Shown here: positions 27,916 to 35,625 of the stretch, piece after piece
Layout: every line of letters starts with the position of its first letter
Position numbering within the stretch: position 1 is the stretch's first letter
Assembly (NCBI GenBank): GCA_944322665.1
Contig: CALUPM010000001.1
Span: 7,201-71,200, forward strand
DNA from: Candidatus Gastranaerophilales bacterium
Lineage (GTDB): Bacteria; Cyanobacteriota; Vampirovibrionia; Gastranaerophilales; Gastranaerophilaceae
DNA: 64,000 nucleotides
Direction: 5' to 3'
Notes under the pieces: model-generated
What the model was told of the DNA's origin: nothing
What the model saw: only the letters and a program-made list of their open reading frames with translations
The model's database searches: none
Program-made: the position numbers and the translations under genes

Positions 27916-29868
27916 TTAACTAAGCCGAAGAACTTCGTATATATCCATTTTCTTTGCCTTACCGCGGATTGTAACTTCGCTGATTTTAATTACATCTGCT
28001 ATGTTACTTACGTAGGAGTAAGTTGAACTGCTTATAAGAAAATTGGTGCGGTAAACTTTGTTGTAGCTTTCAATACGGCTTGCAAGGTTTACTGTGTCGC
28101 CGATTACGGTGTATTCAAGGCGTTTTTCTGAACCTATATTTCCGACAAAGGCGTCGCCTGTGTTAATCCCGATACCGATTTCAATCTTGGGTTTACCTTC
28201 AAAAAGCCATTTGTCCCTCAGTTCATCAACTTTTTTTAGCATTTCATAAGCGCATTTGACGGCATTAACAGGGTGATTCAAATCTTGTATTGGTTCTCCG
28301 AAGATTGCCATAACTGCGTCGCCTATAAATTTGTTGATAACCCCGTTGTATTTTGTGATTATAGGCTCAATTTCCGTGAAATATTCGTTCAGAATTTTTG
28401 AAACTTCTTCTGCGGTCATCTTTTCGCTCATGCTTGTAAATCCGCGGATATCAGCAAACAATACCGTTACATTCGCACGTTTGCCGCCTAGTTTAATGTC
28501 GTCAATGTTTTTTACAACATTTTGCATAATATCCTGTGAAAGATATTTGCCCATTGCCTGTTTAATTTTCTCTTTATTTTTGCCCTCAACGATAAATCTG
28601 TAAGAATAAGCAAAAATCATAGTTACAAGCTGAATTCCGAGCGGGGTCACAACATTTACCCCGAAATCATGCCTGTAGCAGATAACAGTAAATCCGAGAT
28701 ACCCGAGTGCTGTTAATATAAGGAGAAGTATTGATTTGAATACCGAAAACCGGCTTATAATTACAAAAGTTAGAATGCTTAAAATCAAAATTACGCAAAT
28801 ATCAAATTTTAACGAACTTATCTTCATAATGTCGTTGTTTATAAAATTGCTTAAATTTACAGCCTGAATATCTACTCCCGGATGCTCATGAAGCATGGGG
28901 GTCGGCTGTGCATCTATAACTTTTATTGCCGAAGCCTTTGCGTTTGCACCTACAAATACTATTTTGTCTTTAAATTCTTCAGGGCTTATAACAGGCGGCT
29001 TGCCGGATTTTATGTTATCCAGCGAGTCTATTAAATCTACCGCAGAATATTTTTTGAAGGAATATGAGGTTCTGTCCTGAATTCTGTAGTATTTGATGTA
29101 ATTGTGAAGTCCGTTATAGCTTACGAATGTAGGAATTTTTAAGCCGGTTTTGTCAACCTCCACACGATCGTCATACATTGTTGCTTTGTCCGCATCATTA
29201 AGCAGCATGTACATCTTTAACGACAGCGAAGGGTAAAATTTTTTGTTCAGCGAAACTATCAGATCGTTAAAAATCAGGTATCCGTTAAGAGGGGAGCGTG
29301 TAGAATTTACCGAACCTGCGTATTTTACAGAGTTAAAATACCCGTCAGGATATCTCATAAAGCTGCCGTACTTTGAAGGGTACTTGAATTTAACACGTTT
29401 ATCCTCAATTGTTGTGCCGAATTTGTTATAAAACTTCTCTTCGTAAAGTTCACCTGAATTTTTATCAGCAGGTTTTTCGTCAATGAGGCTGAAGCCAACT
29501 ACCAGATTTTCCATCTGTTTTACAGTATCAAACAGTTTTTTATCAGCCTGCGGCGCTTCCCTGTCAAGCGTTGCAAATATTGCATCAAATCCGATTATCT
29601 GTGTATCGCAGTATGTGTTTAAATATTCAAAAATTTTCGCATACAAATCTCTTTTCCAAGGCCAGCGGTATCTTGATGTGGATTTATCATCAATTACAAC
29701 AACTGCAATTTTATCTGAGGCGTTTTCAACAGCAGAAAAATTCTTGACCATGAAATTGTAGGCACCTGCCTCCAGTATCTGCCATGATATTAATACCAGA
29801 ATAAATGACAGAATTACGTAAAATATAAACGAATATATAAAAAACGCTTTGGATTTTAAGTTTTTCAT
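27916..29868 (-). CDS. CHASE2-sensor class III adenylate/guanylate cyclase
   Basis: N-terminal TM, periplasmic CHASE2-like region, 3 TM segments, then cyclase domain (VTVLFADIRGFTSMSE, FIGDAVMAIFG, GIGINTGDAFVGNIGS, YTVIGDTVNLASRIE). Confidence 0.88.
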   Translation of the reverse strand: MKNLKSKAFFIYSFIFYVILSFILVLISWQILEAGAYNFMVKNFSAVENASDKIAVVVIDDKSTSRYRWPWKRDLYAKIFEYLNTYCDTQIIGFDAIFATLDREAPQADKKLFDTVKQMENLVVGFSLIDEKPADKNSGELYEEKFYNKFGTTIEDKRVKFKYPSKYGSFMRYPDGYFNSVKYAGSVNSTRSPLNGYLIFNDLIVSLNKKFYPSLSLKMYMLLNDADKATMYDDRVEVDKTGLKIPTFVSYNGLHNYIKYYRIQDRTSYSFKKYSAVDLIDSLDNIKSGKPPVISPEEFKDKIVFVGANAKASAIKVIDAQPTPMLHEHPGVDIQAVNLSNFINNDIMKISSLKFDICVILILSILTFVIISRFSVFKSILLLILTALGYLGFTVICYRHDFGVNVVTPLGIQLVTMIFAYSYRFIVEGKNKEKIKQAMGKYLSQDIMQNVVKNIDDIKLGGKRANVTVLFADIRGFTSMSEKMTAEEVSKILNEYFTEIEPIITKYNGVINKFIGDAVMAIFGEPIQDLNHPVNAVKCAYEMLKKVDELRDKWLFEGKPKIEIGIGINTGDAFVGNIGSEKRLEYTVIGDTVNLASRIESYNKVYRTNFLISSSTYSYVSNIADVIKISEVTIRGKAKKMDIYEVLRLS

Positions 29869-29916
29869 ACCCCTCCTTATTTTATGATATAATAAATTAT
29901 AAAAAAAGGATAGATT

Positions 29917-30525
29917 ATGAACGAAAATTTAGTAAAAATATTGTCAGAACAAAAGTTGTTTCCTATATTAAGAAGCAGAGATCCTGAAAAAGTTAAAAAT
30001 ACTGCTTATGCGCTTATTGAAGGCGGCGTAAAATTTATGGAAATAAACGTAGTTAATCCGGAGATTTATTATGTGATTGACGAAATCTCAAAGCATGCTA
30101 AAGTCTGTGCGGGCGGCATTATAACTTCCCTTCAGGCGCAAACAGCCGTTGATGCAGGGGCTGAAGTTTTATCTTCCCCTATTTTTCAGATGAACCTTGT
30201 TAAGTTTTCTAAAGACAGACAGGTTCCGTTTATTGCAGGTGCTTCTACCGCTAATGAAGCTTATTCGGCATGGAAAGCAAGGGTTCAGTTGATTAAGATA
30301 TTTCCTATTACGGCGCTTGGCGGAGTTTCTTATCTTGAAAACCTTTTAAGACCCATGCCGTTTTTGAACATTGTGCCGATGGGAGCGGCAAAGCTTTCAG
30401 AGATTAAAGATTACATAAGTGCAGGTGCCGTTGCGGTCGGTGTCGGAAGAGATTTGCTGAGCGGTTATTCATATTCTGAAATTACAAAACGCGTTAAAAA
30501 TGCGCTTGATGAATTAAAGGACTAA
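29917..30525 (+). CDS. eda: KDPG/KHG aldolase
   Basis: LFPILRSRDPEK..., IEGGVKFMEIN and FPITALGG are typical of the Eda family. Confidence 0.85.
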   Translation: MNENLVKILSEQKLFPILRSRDPEKVKNTAYALIEGGVKFMEINVVNPEIYYVIDEISKHAKVCAGGIITSLQAQTAVDAGAEVLSSPIFQMNLVKFSKDRQVPFIAGASTANEAYSAWKARVQLIKIFPITALGGVSYLENLLRPMPFLNIVPMGAAKLSEIKDYISAGAVAVGVGRDLLSGYSYSEITKRVKNALDELKD

Positions 30526-30526
30526 T

Positions 30527-31477
30527 ATGGAAAAAAATCTTGATATCATAACAATTGGCGAAAGTCTTATTGAACTTTCAAGCGATACTCATTTAAGTGA
30601 GGCAGATTGTCTTAAAAAGTATTACGGCGGAGATGCGCTTGCGGCGGCTGTTGCGGCAGCCAGAGAAGGTTCAAATGTCGGTTTTATCACAAGAGTCGGT
30701 GAAGATGTATTTAAGGATTATCTGGTTAAAAGCTGGAAAGATGAAGGACTTGATATATCTCAGGTAAAATCTGCTCCGGATCCAAACGGTGTCTATTTTA
30801 TAGCACGTCCGGGCGGGTGTAAAAAAGAATTTGCATATTATAGAAAACGTATAGCGCCTTCAAGATTGTCGATTGATGATATTTCAGAAGAATATATTTC
30901 AAATTCCAAAGTAGTGTATGCTTCAGGAGTTACCCAGTCGCTTTCAATTTCAGCAAAAGAAGCCGTTTCTGCCGCGTTTAAATTTGCAAAAGAAAACGAC
31001 GTTACAACTGCTTATGACCCTAACTATTCTTCAAAAATTACTACTCCCGAAAATGCCAGAGAAGATTTTAACAGTATTATAAACAATGTAGACATTCTTT
31101 TTATGAGTGCTAAATACGATACAGTGAATATTCTGGAAATTGATTCTCTTGAAAATATTATGAAAAAAATCTGGGATATGGGAGTAAGCGTCATTGTTAT
31201 TAAAGATTCCAATGCGGGCGGGTATTACACAGGCTATAACGGAAATATAATTTTCAGTGAGTTGTATGCCCAGGATTTAATTTAGACAACCTGCTCGGGA
31301 GATGCTTTTAACGTCGGATTTTTACATGCAATTACACACGGGCTGACTCCGTTTGAAGCAACCCGTTTTGCCTCAATCGTTGCAGGGCTTCAGGCTAAAG
31401 GTATCGGCGCTATTAAATCTATTCCGTATAAGGATGAGGTATATTCTATCTTTGAAAAAGGAGGAATTGATGCCTAA
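30527..31477 (+). pseudogene. kdgK: 2-keto-3-deoxygluconate kinase-like PfkB sugar kinase interrupted by one in-frame TAG (31283-31285)
   Basis: The N-terminal 252 codons are PfkB-like (YYGGDALAAAVAAAREG). The same frame continues after the TAG as TTCSGDAFNVGFLHAITHGL..., the conserved DTxGAGDAF anion-hole motif, and ends at TAA 31475-31477. The total of 316 codons is normal for KdgK. Confidence 0.8.
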
Positions 31478-32492
31478 AAAAGTTGTTATATCGGGTTATT
31501 ACGGGTTTGACAACTTTGGCGACGACGCAATTCTTTCTGTTCTGTGCGACAAATTAAAATCTTTGAATGCAGGTGTTACCGTAATATCTTCTAACCCGTC
31601 AAAAACAGCTAATGACTACGGCGTTAAGGCTGTTAAAAATTTCGATATAAAAACTCTTGTTAAGACAATTAAATCTTCTGATATTCTCATCTCGGGCGGC
31701 GGAAGTCTGCTGCAGGATGTTACCAGCCTGAAAAGTCTGCTTTATTACTCTTTTGTCATAGCATGCGCACAGTTTTTCAAAAAAGATGTGATTATTTTTG
31801 CGCAGGGCATAGGCCCTTTGAAACGGAAAATTTCTCAAAATATAGTTAAAAATTTAATCTCTAAAGCAAAATTTGTTTCTGTTCGCGATAAAAAAAGTCT
31901 TGAACTCCTTCAAAATTGGGGAATAAATGCATACCTTGTCAATGACCCTGTTTTTAATATTAAAATCAAAGATGTGCCTAAAAATTATGCGGTCGGTATT
32001 CAACTGAGAGATTTTCCGTCTTTGTCCGAAGCTTTCTTAAATAATCTTGCGGATAATGTTTTAAAATATTTTAATGGCCGGAAAATTGAACTTTTTGTCT
32101 TTCAAAAATCCCTTGACACAGTTGTTTGTAAACACTTTGAGCGAATTTTAAAAACAAAGAATCCGCAGGTTGATACAAAAATTATTTACTACAAAAACAG
32201 AACAGAAACTTTTAAGAGAATTTCCCAGCTTGATTGCATGATAGCAATGCGTTTTCACGCGGTTATTGCAGCTTTGAAGGCCGGTGTAAAAACTGCAGGT
32301 ATAAATTATGACGTGAAGGTTCAAAAACTTGCTGAAGAGGCTGATATTCCGCTTATCTCACTCAAATCATCCGGAAATGATTATGAAAAAATATTCGGAC
32401 AATTAAAATCGCTTAACCCGCTGATATTAAGCAATTTTGCATCTTCAAAACATCTTGACTGGAGCGGAATAGAAAAATTATTCTCCGTATAA
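31470..32492 (+). CDS. csaB: polysaccharide pyruvyl transferase CsaB
   Basis: MPKKVVISGYYGFDNFGDDAILS, GGGSLLQD and RFHAVIAAL. Start set at ATG 31470 behind AAGGAGG; the track's upstream extension is the kdgK 3' region. Confidence 0.85.
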   Translation: MPKKVVISGYYGFDNFGDDAILSVLCDKLKSLNAGVTVISSNPSKTANDYGVKAVKNFDIKTLVKTIKSSDILISGGGSLLQDVTSLKSLLYYSFVIACAQFFKKDVIIFAQGIGPLKRKISQNIVKNLISKAKFVSVRDKKSLELLQNWGINAYLVNDPVFNIKIKDVPKNYAVGIQLRDFPSLSEAFLNNLADNVLKYFNGRKIELFVFQKSLDTVVCKHFERILKTKNPQVDTKIIYYKNRTETFKRISQLDCMIAMRFHAVIAALKAGVKTAGINYDVKVQKLAEEADIPLISLKSSGNDYEKIFGQLKSLNPLILSNFASSKHLDWSGIEKLFSV

Positions 32493-33338
32493 TTCGTTGT
32501 GGAGCTCCTGAAGTTTTGTAGTCATTTCGTTACTGCTTGCAAATGAGACAAGTGTATTTAAAAATCCCTGCCTTGTTATTTTTCCGTCTTTTTGTCCGTC
32601 AGCGGCTAAATCTATATATGCTAGTAATGCACTCATTTCATCCTTGCTTATTGTGCCGTCGCTGTTAAGATTTAGTTTATTAAACGCATTTTCTATTGTT
32701 TGTCTGTCAAATTTATTAATATTGCTTCCAAGAGTCCTTGTTAAATAATCGGTAAACTCCTCTTTTGTCAGGCTGCCGTCTTCGTTTCCGTACTCTTTAT
32801 CTAAATAATTTGTATAGGATTCTCCTGCAGTTTTGACAGATGTCCGGTAGACATTTTCTAATTGTTCTTGCTCGGCTTCTGTTTTATTTTCTTTGTTAAA
32901 CAACTCATTATATGCTGAGGTTGTCATTGAATATTCACCATTTTGGTCTACAATTGCACTTTGAATCTGTTCTCCAGATTCAGTAGATGTTTGTTGTATT
33001 GGCTGTTGAAGCGGATTAAGATACGGATTCTGTTGCTCCAGCTTTTTAAAATGTTCGTAAGCCTGATCAAATATTGCTTTACCCTGAGCTGCAGCTGTCA
33101 TCATTCCCTGCTGTGTTAAATATGGATTGGTTGACATATCTCCGTACATCGGATGCCATATATTCAAGGGAGGAGTGCAGCCGCCCGGCATAAATCCGCA
33201 GCCCCAAACGCTCGTACGGTACAGACCGCCGCGGTGAATCATGCTTGTCGTATTCATAAGAATACCGCCCTGAATCATGCTCTGACCAAGCTTTTGTAAA
33301 TTTTGTCCGAATGTTTGTAGATCAAATTTAAAAGTCAT
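32478..33338 (-). CDS. hypothetical EF-hand/dockerin-like Ca-binding protein with M/G/Q/P-rich N-terminal half
   Basis: EF loops NLNSDGTISKDE, GNEDGSLTKEEF, DGQKDGKITRQG. The N-terminal half is low complexity (NPYLTQQGMM, QQNPYLNPLQQPIQQ). A promoter-motif variant lies at 33368-33397. Confidence 0.75.
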   Translation of the reverse strand: MTFKFDLQTFGQNLQKLGQSMIQGGILMNTTSMIHRGGLYRTSVWGCGFMPGGCTPPLNIWHPMYGDMSTNPYLTQQGMMTAAAQGKAIFDQAYEHFKKLEQQNPYLNPLQQPIQQTSTESGEQIQSAIVDQNGEYSMTTSAYNELFNKENKTEAEQEQLENVYRTSVKTAGESYTNYLDKEYGNEDGSLTKEEFTDYLTRTLGSNINKFDRQTIENAFNKLNLNSDGTISKDEMSALLAYIDLAADGQKDGKITRQGFLNTLVSFASSNEMTTKLQELHNELYGE

Positions 33339-33367
33339 TTTATACTCTCGAATTATATATTATATAT

Positions 33368-33397
33368 ATTATAAATATATAATTCCTTAAAAATTGC
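33368..33397 (-). promoter_or_regulatory. shared motif variant: GCAAT-N17-TTTATAAT upstream of 32478..33338
   Basis: The box ends 29 nt before the ATG. Confidence 0.4.
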
Positions 33398-33437
33398 TTT
33401 TTTTAGCGGCGTAATTTACAAAACTTAATAAAAAAGA

Positions 33438-33460
33438 CTTTCCGTTAAGGAAAGCCTTTT
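33438..33460 (-). terminator. terminator downstream of tRNA-Leu
   Basis: CTTTCC-GTTAA-GGAAAG with a T-run on the minus strand. Confidence 0.55.
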
Positions 33461-33463
33461 ATT

Positions 33464-33550
33464 TGCCCTAAGCCAGACTTGAACTGGCACTGGGTTATTC
33501 GCCCAATTGGATTTTAAGTCCAACGCGTCTACCGATTCCGCCATTAGGGC
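33464..33550 (-). tRNA. tRNA-Leu (anticodon UAA), 87 nt, long variable arm, no intron, CCA not encoded
   Basis: Manual cloverleaf. Acceptor GCCCTAA/TTAGGGC. Anticodon stem TTGGA/TCCAA with loop CTTAAAA. T arm GCCAG-TTCAAGT-CTGGC. Variable arm TGGGCGAATAACCCA. Confidence 0.9.
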
Positions 33551-33604
33551 TTAAAGTAACTTATTTATTTTATTCAAAAAATAATGTATTGTCAATAAAT
33601 ATTT

Positions 33605-34822
33605 CTATATCGCACATGCCGTCTTATATTCTTCCAAATAGTCAGACAGCTCTGCTGTTTTTGATTTTATTGAAGCTAGAATTACATTTAATTTATCCAT
33701 AACTTCATCGGCTTTATTCAGGGTTGTTTTACCGAAAAGTGCCGGATAATCAATGTTTTCAAAAAAGCTTTTTTGAAAATCAGAAATTCCTTTATAAATT
33801 TTCAATTCAATAAATTCTTTATATTCACTCAAATCAATAAACAATTCGGCTGTAAGGGATTTAGCTTTTTGTATATTTAATCGTTTCAGGTGTTTTTGAA
33901 TTTTCAGAAGTTTTTCAAGAACATCTTTGTAAATGTTCAGAAGACGTTCTTTTTTTACAGGCAATGTTTTCTTAAAATATTCTATTGTCTGATTATAACC
34001 TGTTGTCATTAAATCTTTGCGTTTGTCCTCTGGCATGTTAAAATCTACGATGTTTGTTTCTCCGGTGTTTATTACAATATAATCAAACATGTCTTTTTGT
34101 CCGTAAATATCAATAATAAATTTAGTGGCCATTGAAGTAGTGAAGGCATAAAGTGAATTTAAATATTCAACCATGTTTTTGTCATTGCCTTCAAAGTCAC
34201 CCTCAAGTCTGAATTCAAGAATTCTGTTTTCTACAGGAGCAAGGTGTTTTGATAATTTCCACATAGGCCAGCTTTTTTGAAGATCTCCGTCAACGAGAAT
34301 TCTGTTATTATATTCAACAGGGCGCATTAACCCGGGCATTCCGCAGGATATTCTGATGGCTGAAGCTATTTCATAATCAGGAGTTTCCCATCTCGAAAAC
34401 TCTTTACACTCAAAACTCGATAAATCGGTCGTTATTATAACAAGATTTTTGCTGATATCCTTGAAAGTAACGGCTTTATGTGTTCCTTTTTTGTATTTTG
34501 CGCCATAATACTTCTGCTCTATCAAATCCCTTATCCATTCAAGGAAGAGTTCTCCTTTGCTGATTGCAAATTTCGGCCCTAAAGCAAGCTGAACATCACG
34601 GAAAACTTCAAAATTTATTTTTAAGAAAATATCTTCGGTTTCTTTTGCACTATAGCCGACAGCAAGGAGACCTGCTATAACCGAACCTACAGATGAACCT
34701 GCAAGAGTTTGAGGGTTTATGCCGAGTTCCTCCATTGCTTTTGCTGTTCCTGCGTAAGCTGCTCCTCTGATTGCACCGCCGCCGAAAAGACATGTGTATT
34801 GTAGTGATTTTTTTGTTTCCAT
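33605..34822 (-). CDS. patatin-like phospholipase
   Basis: FGGGAIRGAAYAG oxyanion motif, GSSVGS (GxSxG), and VDGD-type catalytic Asp (ILVDGDL). Confidence 0.88.
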   Translation of the reverse strand: METKKSLQYTCLFGGGAIRGAAYAGTAKAMEELGINPQTLAGSSVGSVIAGLLAVGYSAKETEDIFLKINFEVFRDVQLALGPKFAISKGELFLEWIRDLIEQKYYGAKYKKGTHKAVTFKDISKNLVIITTDLSSFECKEFSRWETPDYEIASAIRISCGMPGLMRPVEYNNRILVDGDLQKSWPMWKLSKHLAPVENRILEFRLEGDFEGNDKNMVEYLNSLYAFTTSMATKFIIDIYGQKDMFDYIVINTGETNIVDFNMPEDKRKDLMTTGYNQTIEYFKKTLPVKKERLLNIYKDVLEKLLKIQKHLKRLNIQKAKSLTAELFIDLSEYKEFIELKIYKGISDFQKSFFENIDYPALFGKTTLNKADEVMDKLNVILASIKSKTAELSDYLEEYKTACAI

Positions 34823-34869
34823 AAGCTGATTATAACATTATTTATTTTTTTTGTGAATATAAAATAATA

Positions 34870-35147
34870 GGGATTTATATAGGAAATTCCACAAAAATTT
34901 TCAAAACAGCGTCATCCTGAGCCGCAAGCGAAGACACCCTAAAACCGCAAGGGGATTCTTCGGACTAGCGTCCTCAGAATGACGTAAAACCATGATGTCA
35001 TCCTGAGCCGCACGAGCAGAGAGTGAAAGGCGTTAGCCGTACCCGTTTATCGTGAGTGCGAATGCGAAGGATCCCCTGAAAACGAAAGCTGATTCTTCGG
35101 GCTAAAGCCCTCAGAATGACGTGCTTTTTATAATATTTGTGGAATTT
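34870..35147. mobile_element. MITE/REP-like non-coding element, about 278 bp, with 12-bp terminal inverted repeats and two internal GTCATCCTGAGC...CTCAGAATGAC hairpin modules
   Basis: TIR AAATTCCACAAA (34884-34895) pairs with TTTGTGGAATTT (35136-35147). Two modules at about 34908-34990 and 34993-35124. A related copy lies at 24281-24390. No ORF inside. Confidence 0.75.
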
Positions 35148-35154
35148 TCTAATA

Positions 35155-35185
35155 ATAAAAAAGCCACCCGTCAGGATGGCTTTTT
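35155..35185. terminator. bidirectional terminator after 35206..35490
   Basis: AAAAAAGCCACCCGTCAGGATGGCTTTTT. Confidence 0.7.
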
Positions 35186-35205
35186 CATTATGAAAACTTG
35201 ATTAT

Positions 35206-35490
35206 TTATGCGGCAATTTCGCCTTTTATTTCACGAATCAGGTATTCAGCAACCCATTCAAAATCTTTATTTTGTTTTGCAGCATTCTCAAGATACTTGA
35301 TTGAAGCATCGCCCAATCTGATAAGAGTCATAGCTACAACACCTCTTTTAATTCCTCTTACTACCTGAAGCTGATCTACAAGTTGAGGAAGAGCTGATGT
35401 GCCACATTTTACGAGCATGTTTTCTACTTCATTTTTAATTGTGTTATCTGCATTTTCTAATTTTGTAAGGATTTCTTTTACTGATTCCAT
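35206..35490 (-). CDS. hypothetical small helical (HEAT-like) protein
   Basis: ATG 35490 lies 7 nt after GGAG; the track uses TTG 35502. SALPQLVDQLQVVRGIKRGVVAMTLIRLGDASIKYL resembles a HEAT/PBS-lyase repeat. Confidence 0.55.
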   Translation of the reverse strand: MESVKEILTKLENADNTIKNEVENMLVKCGTSALPQLVDQLQVVRGIKRGVVAMTLIRLGDASIKYLENAAKQNKDFEWVAEYLIREIKGEIAA

Positions 35491-35557
35491 GATAATCTCC
35501 AATTTCTTTCTTAACTATATTATTATTATAGTCGAAATTTGAGCATATCAGGATTTC

Positions 35558-35595
35558 CTTACATAATCTTTATATCGTTAAAGATTATGTAAAGA
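35558..35595. terminator. 13-bp hairpin TTACATAATCTTT / AAAGATTATGTAA downstream of the 682-aa gene
   Basis: Direct reading. A T-run is present only on the plus side, so the function is uncertain. Confidence 0.35.
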
Positions 35596-35625
35596 TTTTT
35601 GTAAAATCACTCTGCCGACTTAGTT

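Noticed and set aside
31283-31285. TAG reassignment or pyrrolysine as an explanation for the in-frame TAG in kdgK
   Set aside because: TAG ends at least three well-defined genes here (723..1310, 2149..3324 and pyk). No pyl genes are visible. A nonsense mutation or sequencing error is more parsimonious.
33464-33550. Group I intron in tRNA-Leu(UAA), as in many cyanobacteria
   Set aside because: The anticodon loop CTTAAAA is contiguous and the gene is 87 nt, so no intron is present.
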